A stretch of DNA of 64,000 nt from NCBI GenBank assembly GCA_044339525.1, contig JBIIVH010000005.1:8746-72745 (forward strand), given 5' to 3'. Shown piece after piece: positions 8,493 to 18,504 of this stretch. The translations under genes were made by a program, and so were the position numbers. The stretch is from Silvanigrellaceae bacterium. GTDB taxonomy: Bacteria; Bdellovibrionota_B; Oligoflexia; Silvanigrellales; Silvanigrellaceae. The notes under the pieces were generated by a model. That model worked only from the letters and a program-made list of their open reading frames with translations, searched no databases and had not been told where the DNA came from. Numbering within the stretch: the first letter of the stretch is position 1; each line of letters starts with the position of its first letter.

Positions 8493-10733
8493 TTAGGAAT
8501 TAAAGTAACTCGCCGGTTCAAATCGGGGGCCACAGGTTTTGGTCAGTTGATTCAGATGATCTTTTACAACGGTCTTTCCTAGGGTTTGCACATACCAAAG
8601 GGGACCTCCCAAAAAGGGCGGGAAACCCAAGCCAAACACCGCGCCTAAATCAGCATCGTCGGGGGAATTCAAAATCTTTTGATCCAAACACCGGGCAGCT
8701 TCATTTACAAAGGCCAAAACACAGCGGTCTACAATGGTTTTGGCATCGGAGATCTTTTGAGGGGAGCTGCTTTCTCTGAGGATGGTGTAAATGGAATCAT
8801 CAGGCCCTTGTTTTTTACCCTGTTCATAAAGATAAAAGCCCTTGGCATTTTTACGACCCTTTCGGTTGTCTTTTAGGATCCTATCTAAACCCTTTGGAGT
8901 TTGAACGACGCTGGGAAACGCCTCTGCCAGAATTTGGACAATGTGGGAACTCACATCGATGCCCACTTCATCAATTAAAGTTAATGGACCCACGGGAAAG
9001 CCAAATTTTTCCAGCGCCGAATCCACGTCTTCGATTCGGTTGCCTTCGAGCACCAGCTGAACCGCTTCCAGCAAATACATCGCCAAAATTCGGGTGGTGT
9101 AAAAGCCCGGCCCATCGTTCACCACCACGATGTTTTTACCCATTTTAGTGGCAAGATCAAAAGCCACACACAAGGCCAATTCACTGGTGCGATTGCCTTT
9201 GATGATTTCCACCAAGGGCATTTTGGGAACGGGCGAAAAGAAATGCATGCCCACCACATTTTCAGGGTATTTTGCCTTTTGGGCAATTTGAGTAATGGGG
9301 ATGCTGGAGGTGTTGGTGGCGATGATGCACTGGGAAACATTGGTGTGGGTTTCCACTTTTTTAATCACCTCTGATTTTACTTGAATTTCTTCAAATACAG
9401 CTTCGATAAACACATTGGAATTTTTAAAGGTGGCAAAGTCTGTGGTGGTGTTTACGTAACTTAAATTTCGCAAAAAATCGTGTTTTTTGATTCGATTTTT
9501 TTTGAGTTTATCGGAAAAATAGGATTGAATCCCCTTCATGCCCTGGGCCAGGCCGGTGCCATCCCGATCGAGAAGCAACGAACGGATCTTCCTTTCCGCG
9601 AGCACCGTTGCCACTCCCGAACCCATGAGTCCGGCCCCTAAAACCCCCACCGTACCGTGCCCTTCGGTTAAGGGCGCCAAGTAGTTCTTTTTGGACTGCT
9701 GTTGAACGCCTTTGGAAAAGGGATTTTTCTTGGCGGCGGTCATGGTCCGAAACACATGCACCAGGGCCCGGCTTTCGGGGGTGATCACAAGCTCACCAAA
9801 GGCTTGGGATTCAAGCTCTAACCCCTTTTCAAGCTTTAGCTCCATGCCTTTTATCACCACATCTAAGGCCTTTAGGGGGGCCGGGTAATGACCTTTGGTG
9901 TTTTTCTCAATCTGCTCCAAGGTTTTTTTCTTTACCAGGGACCTTCCAACGAGATTTCCCTCCATCACCAATTGGGCCGCCTGGGACACATTCCACTTGG
10001 AAAGCTCCTTAGAGATCTCCATGGGATTCCATTTTTTCCAAAGGGAAGTCCCAACGGACGCCTCAGAAAGCGAAGTGGAAATGGGATTGTCCAAACACCA
10101 TTGAACCGCCCGTTCCTCCAATTGATTGGGGGGCACCACGGCGTCCACCAGGCCGAGTTTGAGGGCTTTTTTCCCATCCACCTTTTTACCCGTGAGGATG
10201 AGATCTAAAGCGGGCACCAACCCTATCAAACGGGGTAGTCTTTGGGTGCCTCCTCCCCCGGGGATAAGCCCCAATTGGATTTCGGGAAGACCCAGGGACG
10301 TGGAGGAGTCGGAGGTAACCACACGCCGGTGACAGGCTAAGGCCATCTCCAACCCTCCCCCCAAACAAACCCCATGGATGGCCGCCACCACAGGCACGGC
10401 AGAATGTTCAAACTTGGCAAACAAAGTGTGTAACATTTGACTTGCATTTTGCCCGTCTTGTTGCGTGACGAGCGTATCAAAAATGCTGATGTCCACTCCC
10501 GCCGCAAACCCCGAAGTTCGGGAGGAGGTGATCACCACCCCTTTTAAGGAAGGCTGTGAAAAGGCTTTTGTCCACTGAGAGTCTAACTGAGTGAGCAATT
10601 CTTTGGAAAAGGTGTTGATAGGCTTCGATTCATCGGCCAGATCTAAGATGGCCACATCACCCATCCAACGCAATTGAACCAATCCTTTTTGAACTTGCGA
10701 TTCAACCTTTACGGAATTTTCTTTTGTCTTCAT
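8493..10733 (-). CDS. fadJ: fatty-acid oxidation complex alpha subunit (enoyl-CoA hydratase / 3-hydroxyacyl-CoA dehydrogenase)
   Basis: 746 aa. N-terminal crotonase fold, central Rossmann motif GVLGAGLMGSGVA, and a C-terminal 3HCDH domain. It follows a thiolase gene, as in fadIJ. Confidence 0.85.
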   Translation of the reverse strand: MKTKENSVKVESQVQKGLVQLRWMGDVAILDLADESKPINTFSKELLTQLDSQWTKAFSQPSLKGVVITSSRTSGFAAGVDISIFDTLVTQQDGQNASQMLHTLFAKFEHSAVPVVAAIHGVCLGGGLEMALACHRRVVTSDSSTSLGLPEIQLGLIPGGGGTQRLPRLIGLVPALDLILTGKKVDGKKALKLGLVDAVVPPNQLEERAVQWCLDNPISTSLSEASVGTSLWKKWNPMEISKELSKWNVSQAAQLVMEGNLVGRSLVKKKTLEQIEKNTKGHYPAPLKALDVVIKGMELKLEKGLELESQAFGELVITPESRALVHVFRTMTAAKKNPFSKGVQQQSKKNYLAPLTEGHGTVGVLGAGLMGSGVATVLAERKIRSLLLDRDGTGLAQGMKGIQSYFSDKLKKNRIKKHDFLRNLSYVNTTTDFATFKNSNVFIEAVFEEIQVKSEVIKKVETHTNVSQCIIATNTSSIPITQIAQKAKYPENVVGMHFFSPVPKMPLVEIIKGNRTSELALCVAFDLATKMGKNIVVVNDGPGFYTTRILAMYLLEAVQLVLEGNRIEDVDSALEKFGFPVGPLTLIDEVGIDVSSHIVQILAEAFPSVVQTPKGLDRILKDNRKGRKNAKGFYLYEQGKKQGPDDSIYTILRESSSPQKISDAKTIVDRCVLAFVNEAARCLDQKILNSPDDADLGAVFGLGFPPFLGGPLWYVQTLGKTVVKDHLNQLTKTCGPRFEPASYFNS

Positions 10734-10825
10734 GAAAGCCTCGTTTTTTTAATCAGTCATTAAAATCGGACCCTAGGAAATCAACGGCAGGAAGATTTCC
10801 TCATTCTAAGAGAGGTCCTCAAGCT

Positions 10826-12160
10826 CTAGGGCCTTTCCACCAGCATGGCCTGACCCATGCCTCCGGCAGCACACACGGCGATCACCGCAAATCGACCATT
10901 GGTCCGTTGCAAACCATGCAAAGCCCTTGAAACCAATCGGGCTCCTGTGGCACCAAAGGGGTGACCGTAGGCTAAAGAACCTCCATCGGGATTGACCTTG
11001 GCCGCAGGCAGTGCGCCCATGAGAAGGGGTAAGGAATTTTTTTCTTGAAACGCCGCACTTTCCATGGCGTCTAAACAGCTTAAGGCCTGGGCCGCAAAGG
11101 CTTCATGGATTTCAAAAATGCTGATGTCTGATGGTGTCAATCCGTGTTTGCTCAGGAGCTTGGGAATGGCCAGGGCAGGACCAATCAAAAGCTGATCCCC
11201 AGGATCCACGGCCACCGTTAGGCAATCCACAATGTACCCCAAAATGGGAAGTCCTTGAGCTTTGGCAAATTGGCTTCCACAGAGCAAAACTCCGGAAGCT
11301 CCATCGGTGAGTGCACTGGCGTTTCCGGCGGTTATGGTGCCAAACTTTTTGTCAAAAGCGGGTTTAAGCCCGGCTAATGCTTCTAGACTGATATCCGGAC
11401 GCAAGACATTGTCTTTCTCCACCCAAGTGGGCTTTTCCCCCGTGGTGAGGTGTGGGATCACCTCTTGGGCCAATCGTCCCTCCTGCCAGGCCGCAGAAGC
11501 CTTCTGGTGGCTTTCGAGTGCCATGGTGTCTTGGCGAAGCCTACTGATGTTGTTTTTCACCGCCATAATCTCCCCGTGTTCCCCCATAGTGAGGCCAGAA
11601 AAGGGTTCCGCCAGGGCAGGAGGGTTGGGTAAAAACGCCTTAGGGTTGAGCTTCTGAAATAAAGACAGCTTTTGTCCAAAGGATTTGCTTCGAGACAACT
11701 TCGTCAAAAACCTTCTGGCTTCCTCTGAATAAGCGATAGGCACGTCAGACATCACTTCCACGCCCCCGGCCACCACGGCTTGGCACCTTCCCAAGGCAAT
11801 GGAATCAGAAGCGCACTGAATGGCTTGCAGCCCCGACGCGCACGCCCGATTGAGGGTGTAACCCGGTATGGACTTGGGGAGTCCCGCAAACAGCACCAAA
11901 TCCCTAGCCACATTGGGATTGCGCAATTGGGGAATCACCGTTCCCCAGATCACCTCCCCCACAGAGTTCATATCCAAGCCAGAGCGAGACAGAATTTCAG
12001 TGACCACCCTTACAGACAGACTTAAAGCCGTTTCCTGTTCAAACACACCAAATGACTTTACAAAGGGCGTTCTTAAGGCGGCACAAACGGCCACTTTTTC
12101 CAGTCCCAAACCAGACACACGGGTTTCGGACAAACTGGGTTCGGATGCTATGGGTTTCAT
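10826..12160 (-). CDS. fadI: acetyl-CoA C-acyltransferase (thiolase, FadI-like)
   Basis: 444 aa. Thiolase motifs NRACASGLQAI (active-site Cys), GHPFGATGARL and CAAGGMG. Confidence 0.85.
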   Translation of the reverse strand: MKPIASEPSLSETRVSGLGLEKVAVCAALRTPFVKSFGVFEQETALSLSVRVVTEILSRSGLDMNSVGEVIWGTVIPQLRNPNVARDLVLFAGLPKSIPGYTLNRACASGLQAIQCASDSIALGRCQAVVAGGVEVMSDVPIAYSEEARRFLTKLSRSKSFGQKLSLFQKLNPKAFLPNPPALAEPFSGLTMGEHGEIMAVKNNISRLRQDTMALESHQKASAAWQEGRLAQEVIPHLTTGEKPTWVEKDNVLRPDISLEALAGLKPAFDKKFGTITAGNASALTDGASGVLLCGSQFAKAQGLPILGYIVDCLTVAVDPGDQLLIGPALAIPKLLSKHGLTPSDISIFEIHEAFAAQALSCLDAMESAAFQEKNSLPLLMGALPAAKVNPDGGSLAYGHPFGATGARLVSRALHGLQRTNGRFAVIAVCAAGGMGQAMLVERP

Positions 12161-12202
12161 CTCTTTTTTCCCTCTACGATTTGCTTTTTCATATCATAAA
12201 TG

Positions 12203-14809
12203 TCAAAAACAAACAAAGTCTTTGTCCGTATTGACCACCGGGCGACCTCCCCCGGCGCAAACACAGGTTTGGGTGGAGGCAAAATAGGAACTTCGAGCAA
12301 ATTTAAAGCGTTCCAAGGGGGTTTCCACACTAAAAGTGGTGGTGGTTTGAAGGGCAGGGCAGTAGAACCCTGCCGTGGTGACATTTCCCAAACAGGGGTT
12401 GGCACAGGAAGTCATGCGGGTGTTGATCACCAAAGGATAGCTCACCGCTGAAATGGGATGCTCTGCGATGGAAGGGCCTAGAATGTAAGATCCCGAGCCC
12501 GTTCCGGCCTGCACCGCGTTGCGAGCCACCTCCCTCAGTTCATCCCCCGGAGCATTGATCATAAACACATCCACGGTGCGCCCTAGTTTGCCTTCTTGGG
12601 TCTCAAAGGTCTCTGTTTTGAGTTCCATTTTAGTGCCACCTGGCAAGGAGGTGCCACAACTACCCTGGGCGAAAAAATAACGGTAAAGGCTAGCCCCACC
12701 GGCCAAATTGGCGCCATTAGATACATAAATCCCTCCATTAAGCAGGAAGTTCGTGTTTTGAGGCCCAACGACGCCATCGGCAGGATAACCAGGAGAACCC
12801 GAAGCGAGAGCACCATTCCAGAGGGATTCGATGGAATCGGAATGCATCAACGTATTTCCGTATCCCGCTTTGAAAAAAGCGGCCAAATACCTCTTGGGAT
12901 TGGCATTAAAATCCACATCACTTCCCGCACTATCGGAGTACATGCGCGCCAGGAGATCACTAGAATGGGCCGCTTGGCTTCCCAAAACACGACTGGTCAT
13001 GGAAAACTCCGTCAACCCGGCAAAAATGTGAAAAAACGAATCTTTCCAAATATAAGTCAGATTGTCCCACTTTCCATTGGGGGCATTAAATCCGGAGCCC
13101 AAGACAAACTCACCCACTTCCGGCGTGGTGTCATTAAGCATGGGTGTGCCATTTTCATTGGAATCCACAAAGGGAGAAGCCATATCAATAAACCAATCCT
13201 TCGCGTAAACCGTATTATTATGCACCAACTCCTTTTCAACCGTCGTAAACTGATTAAAAGCCCTATTTTTTAATGCCTTTTCGGCATCGGAGCGATCGGG
13301 ACCCACGGCGGTCACCACGTCGCAAACATTTTCATTTAAATGAGAGCAATCCAATACCCCATTTTGATTTTTATCCCAAAATCCCAGAGCGCCATTTTCA
13401 TCAAAAATTCCGTTGTTGTTGGCATCAAACCAGGCCTCACCCCCTTGGGTGTAGGTCATCACCGTACTCTTCCAATCCTTACCCACATCCGAAAACCGAG
13501 TTCCCGTGGCAAAATCATCGGGCTCGCATAGCGGGGAATAGTTAAGGCCCCGGCTGATCCCTGGGCTGGTGACCCGCACAGGCCGATAGGAATAGAGATT
13601 AAATGGGGTGAGTTTGATATCCAACACGCCTTTATCACTAATAGCACCATCCTTGGGAAATTCCAGTTTGCCAAATTCCGAATTCACACCAAAGGGAAAG
13701 GGATTAGACAACGGACCGTCGTACCTGCTAAAAGCCTGAACCGCAAAATCCAGGGGAGTGCCCAGATTTGAGAGTAGGCTTCCCAAAACCACCTTGTGAT
13801 TGTCTTTATTAAAGGTATAACTCATGTTGCCCCAATTGGTCTGGCCGCCTTCTACGGTAATGGCCGGGCTATCCACTTGAAATTCGTATTTTCGTCCTTC
13901 AGATGTGGTGCGTTCAAAGGCCCCAGAAAGGTAAAAGCTACCCGGAAAGTAACTGGCACACACCGGCACCTGAAAAACGCCGCTGCCATCGGATACGGCG
14001 TTAAAGATCAGATAGGGCCTGCTTGTGATGGGATCGATCTCCGTCACCGCCGTTTCGCCACGCTTGCCCAAATTGGCTCCAATGGGGTATTCCGTGTTGG
14101 ATCGAAATTTTACCGTTTGGCCTGCCACGGGTTCTCCCCCTAGTCTGGCTTGAAACACTAAAATCCCGCAGTCTAATCCGGAAGAACGAAGGTTTAATAC
14201 GATGGGTTTATCTTGCCCTTGGATGGCCCCTGCCCGAGTCCCAGGCCGATAAACCACGTTAGACCCAATGGCCTCACTGGAGTAGTTGTAACCCACATAT
14301 TCAAAAGCGGTTTTCTTGATTTGAAACACCAACACATCGCCCACTTCTTTAATGGACTTTCCCGCTCGCACCATAATTTTGGCCTTACCTGCCGATTCCC
14401 CCGCACAAAACTTGCCTAGAGCCACTCCCTCCTCATCGGTTTCCGTGAGCTCGGGCACGGCCTTACCCACTTTGGCGCTGGTGCGATCGATGGTGCGAAA
14501 TCCCAATTTTACCTTTGCTTTTGCCACCCCCCCTTTGGTCACTTTTACGGAAATGTTATCGGTGCAGGTGTCTTCCTCCCCGGCGTTTTCCGTTTTGGTG
14601 GCCACGGACTTCACCTGATGGGGTTTGATTTCCAATTCATATTCTTCGTTGTCATTGGGATCGGGAGGGTTGCTCGTGTCTTGGGTGGCGGAGTCCGTTT
14701 GCTCCGGATCCTGGGGTTTTTTCTTCTTTTTGGAGGAACTACAGGCAAAAAGCCAGGCAGTGAGTAGGCAAAACAGTGCAAAGACGCGAACATAACGAAC
14801 CGTTCTCAT
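12203..14809 (-). CDS. large lipoprotein of unknown function (Ig-like N-terminal region, Asp/Asn-rich Ca-binding-like loops)
   Basis: 868 aa. Signal peptide plus lipobox LFAC, then a Lys/Pro/Asp-rich linker. A Big_1-like stretch (ISVKVTKGGVAKAKVKLGF) is present, along with DANNNGIFDENG and DKNQNGVLD loops. No enzymatic motif recognised. Confidence 0.6.
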   Translation of the reverse strand: MRTVRYVRVFALFCLLTAWLFACSSSKKKKKPQDPEQTDSATQDTSNPPDPNDNEEYELEIKPHQVKSVATKTENAGEEDTCTDNISVKVTKGGVAKAKVKLGFRTIDRTSAKVGKAVPELTETDEEGVALGKFCAGESAGKAKIMVRAGKSIKEVGDVLVFQIKKTAFEYVGYNYSSEAIGSNVVYRPGTRAGAIQGQDKPIVLNLRSSGLDCGILVFQARLGGEPVAGQTVKFRSNTEYPIGANLGKRGETAVTEIDPITSRPYLIFNAVSDGSGVFQVPVCASYFPGSFYLSGAFERTTSEGRKYEFQVDSPAITVEGGQTNWGNMSYTFNKDNHKVVLGSLLSNLGTPLDFAVQAFSRYDGPLSNPFPFGVNSEFGKLEFPKDGAISDKGVLDIKLTPFNLYSYRPVRVTSPGISRGLNYSPLCEPDDFATGTRFSDVGKDWKSTVMTYTQGGEAWFDANNNGIFDENGALGFWDKNQNGVLDCSHLNENVCDVVTAVGPDRSDAEKALKNRAFNQFTTVEKELVHNNTVYAKDWFIDMASPFVDSNENGTPMLNDTTPEVGEFVLGSGFNAPNGKWDNLTYIWKDSFFHIFAGLTEFSMTSRVLGSQAAHSSDLLARMYSDSAGSDVDFNANPKRYLAAFFKAGYGNTLMHSDSIESLWNGALASGSPGYPADGVVGPQNTNFLLNGGIYVSNGANLAGGASLYRYFFAQGSCGTSLPGGTKMELKTETFETQEGKLGRTVDVFMINAPGDELREVARNAVQAGTGSGSYILGPSIAEHPISAVSYPLVINTRMTSCANPCLGNVTTAGFYCPALQTTTTFSVETPLERFKFARSSYFASTQTCVCAGGGRPVVNTDKDFVCF

Positions 14810-15251
14810 TGGGATTTCCCCTCCATTTTAGATCTTTAGGCCAACTCGATTTGTGTGTGAGAAGCTTAGCCTCTCCCTTTTCAATTGACAAGGGCTGGTT
14901 GATTTCCCTCCTCTGTCTAAACAAGCGAAATTAGCCTCGTCAATGAGTCTATTTTAGAACCATTTTTATAAATAAATCTTCATTTGAATGGGTATCAAAT
15001 GGCACCTGATGGGCGGATTCTAGCTTGCTTAGCTTCATGATAAGAAAAAGCACTATTGAAGAAGGCCGTTTTGACACAACACAGACGCCAACCCTTTGAC
15101 TCACAGAAATTATTCCACTTCAAGTATAATCTTACTAAATTAAACCATTTTTGATTTAATTTAGTTGTTTCAATTGAGTTAACACTTTGGATAGTGGAAA
15201 ACCACTATTGCGCACTTAAAAAGTATGCTTATATCTTAGGAGGTTTTTGGA

Positions 15252-16094
15252 ATGGATAATCGGAGAGATCTTATTCTGGCAGGTGTTGCGAGCCTTTTTT
15301 GGGTGGCTAGCAGCTGCAAATCCAGGAAATTTGACCAAAGCTCATCGGAGGGGTCAGACACTTTGGATCAAGCCAACGGGATTCAACAACTTGGGAACTG
15401 GTTTCAGCAAGCTTTGAATCGTGCAAATCCTCAGCTCCCCCCAAAAATCAAAGAATTTTTAAGCATTAACCGAATGAAGATTGAAAACGGTCTGGCTCCG
15501 GTTGCATCAAACCTATCAAAGTTAAAGGATCCTACTACCTCCATTGACCTGATTTTGAGCTCCATTTTGTCTGCGCTGACACCCGCCATTTTGGTACCTA
15601 GGTATGGGAAAAAAGGATTTACGGCCCAAAAAATCAACGAAGACATAACCAATCACTTCAAAACAGATCTTCTTCCAAAAGTGAAGAACTTTTTTACACC
15701 AAATCGTAAAAATGCCTTATCACTTGCGGAACCCGCTGAGCCAAGCGAAGAAAGCAAATGGATAAAAATCTTGCTTCCAAATGGTTTTAAAGGGGCAAAT
15801 AGGGAGTCAGGAGCCAATCAAGCAAAAATGGAAATCGCTTCATCGCTGGACGCCAAATATTTCTCCAATTATGGGATTGCTTTGACAGACAGTCCGCAGG
15901 ATTCTAACCGGCCTCATTTTTCGCTTGAGATTACACAGGAAACAGAGTTGGCCTTAGCGAAGGCCATAGAGATTGCTGGTGTCGTGACGATATTTGGGGG
16001 AATATACACCGCTAATCCGGGATTGATATTGGGGGGCGCGAGTTTTCTATTTATTGGTTTTGTTTACTGGGAGGATTTAATTTACGACTACTAG
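15252..16094 (+). CDS. hypothetical secreted/lipoprotein-like protein with C-terminal Gly-rich hydrophobic hairpin (intact member of a two-copy family in this window)
   Basis: 280 aa with AGGAGG 7 nt upstream. Signal-like N-terminus ending ...VASSC. The C-terminus IAGVVTIFGGIYTANPGLILGGASFLFIGFVYW is hydrophobic and Gly-rich. Colinear with 46461-45601 (see findings). Confidence 0.65.
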   Translation: MDNRRDLILAGVASLFWVASSCKSRKFDQSSSEGSDTLDQANGIQQLGNWFQQALNRANPQLPPKIKEFLSINRMKIENGLAPVASNLSKLKDPTTSIDLILSSILSALTPAILVPRYGKKGFTAQKINEDITNHFKTDLLPKVKNFFTPNRKNALSLAEPAEPSEESKWIKILLPNGFKGANRESGANQAKMEIASSLDAKYFSNYGIALTDSPQDSNRPHFSLEITQETELALAKAIEIAGVVTIFGGIYTANPGLILGGASFLFIGFVYWEDLIYDY

Positions 16095-16104
16095 ACTGAA
16101 AGTT

Positions 16105-18390
16105 CTAGTTTCCAGCCAATAAATTCAAGGCACTTCCTGCTTTAAACCATTTTACCTGCTGATCGTTAAAGGTGTGGATGAGGGAAATGCTTTGGGTAGT
16201 GCCCCCTGGCTGGTGCAAAGTGGCCACCAAAGCCTTCCCAGGGGTGAGATCAGCCACCAATAAAGTGATGCGAGTCTGCTCTCCAATCAGATCATAATCG
16301 GAGGGGTTAGCAAACGTTAAGGGTAACATTCCTTGCTTCTTTAGATTGGTTTCATGGATTCTGGCAAAGCTTTTGGTGATGATGGCCTTACCCCCCAGGA
16401 ATCGAGGTTCCATGGCGGCATGCTCCCGGGAGCTTCCCTCTCCATAGTTTTCTTCACCCACCACCACCCAGCCCATTCCACGGGCTCGGTAGTCTCTGGC
16501 CACACCAGGTACCGTGGAAGGGGTACCACTCACCACATTCAAAACCTCATTTAACTTTCCTGTGTGGGCGTTGGTGGCGGTGATCAAAAGGTTATTGGAA
16601 ATGTTGTCTAGATGGCCGCGAAACTTAAGCCATTTTCCAGCCGCACTGATATGATCTGTGGTGCATTTTCCTTTCACCTTGATGAGCACTGGCAATTCCT
16701 TAAATTCCGAATCCAGCTTGGGAGGCAAAAAGGCGTTTAACTTTTGTAACCTTTCGCTCGTGGGAGGAATGGCAACGGTCACCTTTGAAGGGTCGGAAAC
16801 CGGTGCCACATAACCATGGACGTCGGCCACATAACCTTTTTCAGGCAATGAAAGCCCATTTGGAGGCTGAAGCTTTACCGCCTGGCCTTGGGCATTAAGC
16901 ACAGTGCCATTCACAAAATCCACGCTCAAATCCCCCGTGATGGCAAAGCCAATCACCGTTTCTGGTGAGGCCACGAAGGAATGGGTGGCGGCATTGCCGT
17001 CATTGCGGGCCGTAAAATTTCGATTAAAGGAGGTGATGATGGAGTTTTTTTCTCCATCTTTCACATCATGACGTTTCCACTGACCAATGCAAGGACCACA
17101 CGCATTGGACATGATTTTAGCCCCAAACTCTTCTAAGATGGCCAGCTGCCCATCCCGCTCAATGGTGGCTCGAATCTGTTCGCTTCCCGGAGTGATGATG
17201 AATTCACTGCGGGCCTTAATGCCTTGGGCCAAAGCCTGTTTGGCCACATTCGTGACCCGATCAATATCCTCATAGGAGGAGTTGGTGCAAGATCCAATTA
17301 AGGCGACTTTTAGCGTGCTGGGCCAATTATTTTGCTTCACCGCTTGTGCGAATTGGGAAATTTCATTGGCCAAATCGGGTGTAAATGGCCCGTTGATGTG
17401 GGGTTGTAGTGTAGACAAATCAATCTCAATCAACTGGTCAAAATAGGCTTGTGGATTTTTTTCCACTTCCACATCGCACTTTAGATTGGTTTGGTTGGTG
17501 CGGGCCAAAGCAGCCACCGTGCCACGACCCGTTTTTTCCAAATATTGAGCCATGCGTTCATCAAAAGGAAACACAGAGGTGGTGGCCCCTATTTCTGCGC
17601 CCATATTGCAAATGGTGGCTTTGCCGGTGGCCGAAAGGCTTTCACAACCCTCCCCAAAGTATTCCACCACGGCACCCGTGCCCCCTTTCACCGTCAGAAT
17701 GCCCGCCAATTTTAAGATCACGTCTTTAGGTGAAGTCCAGCCCGAAAGCTTGCCCTTGAGGTGCACCCCTATGATTTTGGGCATTTTGAGTTCCCAAGCC
17801 ATGCCCGCCATCACATCCACCGCATCCGCTCCACCCACGCCAATGGCCAACATACCCAATCCACCCGCGTTGGGCGTGTGGGAATCGGTTCCAATCATCA
17901 TTCCACCGGGAAAGGCATAATTTTCCAACACCACCTGATGAATGATCCCCGCTCCCGGCTTCCAAAATCCAATACCGTGTTTCTGGGACACGGTGGCCAG
18001 GAATTCATACACCTCCGCATTTTCTTGATTGGCAGCCGCCAAGTCTTCTTTGGCCCCACGCTCCACTTGAATCAAGTGATCGCAATGAACCGTGGACGGC
18101 ACTGCCACCCGGGCCATCCGAGCACTCATGAACTGAAGCAAAGCCATTTGCGCTGTGGCATCTTGCATGGCCACCCGATCCGGGAAAAATTCCACATAAT
18201 CCTTTCCTCGGCTAAAGGACTGCACCGGATTCTTTGAGGCGCTTGCAGGATGCTGTGCGGCAAAGGGATTTAAGTGGGAATAGAGAATTTTTTCAGTGAG
18301 AGTGAGTGGCTTTCCCAAAGTCTTTTTCGCGAGGGAAACCCGTTCACCCAATTGATGATACACCGCTTGCATTAAATCTAAATCTTGCAT
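16105..18390 (-). CDS. acn: aconitate hydratase (about 760 aa, mitochondrial-type)
   Basis: 761 aa. Fe-S ligand regions [24 protein letters not shown] and [10 protein letters not shown]. The length matches the short aconitase class rather than AcnA or AcnB. Confidence 0.9.
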   Translation of the reverse strand: MQDLDLMQAVYHQLGERVSLAKKTLGKPLTLTEKILYSHLNPFAAQHPASASKNPVQSFSRGKDYVEFFPDRVAMQDATAQMALLQFMSARMARVAVPSTVHCDHLIQVERGAKEDLAAANQENAEVYEFLATVSQKHGIGFWKPGAGIIHQVVLENYAFPGGMMIGTDSHTPNAGGLGMLAIGVGGADAVDVMAGMAWELKMPKIIGVHLKGKLSGWTSPKDVILKLAGILTVKGGTGAVVEYFGEGCESLSATGKATICNMGAEIGATTSVFPFDERMAQYLEKTGRGTVAALARTNQTNLKCDVEVEKNPQAYFDQLIEIDLSTLQPHINGPFTPDLANEISQFAQAVKQNNWPSTLKVALIGSCTNSSYEDIDRVTNVAKQALAQGIKARSEFIITPGSEQIRATIERDGQLAILEEFGAKIMSNACGPCIGQWKRHDVKDGEKNSIITSFNRNFTARNDGNAATHSFVASPETVIGFAITGDLSVDFVNGTVLNAQGQAVKLQPPNGLSLPEKGYVADVHGYVAPVSDPSKVTVAIPPTSERLQKLNAFLPPKLDSEFKELPVLIKVKGKCTTDHISAAGKWLKFRGHLDNISNNLLITATNAHTGKLNEVLNVVSGTPSTVPGVARDYRARGMGWVVVGEENYGEGSSREHAAMEPRFLGGKAIITKSFARIHETNLKKQGMLPLTFANPSDYDLIGEQTRITLLVADLTPGKALVATLHQPGGTTQSISLIHTFNDQQVKWFKAGSALNLLAGN

Positions 18391-18504
18391 AGAAACTCCT
18401 CAATTCAAGGATTGATAAAATGACCAATTCTAAAAAGGTCTTTAGCGCCTTTAAAGCTAGTATGAATTCTAGGCGCCTGCAAGACAGGCAAGGCCACCTC
18501 GGGG

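Noticed and set aside
8515-8524. GGTTCAAATC T-loop-like motif suggesting a tRNA
   Set aside because: It lies inside the fadJ coding frame, and no acceptor or anticodon stems can be built around it.
12596-13273. Long antisense or alternative-frame ORFs inside large genes (for example 12596-13273, 3959-4465, 24688-25242, 25252-25710, 55538-56158, 50167-50631 and 50591-51055)
   Set aside because: Each is fully embedded in a confidently assigned gene on the other strand or frame, and none has a recognisable motif or RBS. I treat them as shadow ORFs.
18391-18504. GCGCCT...AGGCGC and GCCTG...CAGGC inverted repeats between the discoidin-domain gene and the aconitase gene as terminators
   Set aside because: The loops are long (about 21 nt) or the stems only 5 bp, and no T-tract follows on the relevant strand. 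Support for an intrinsic terminator is insufficient.
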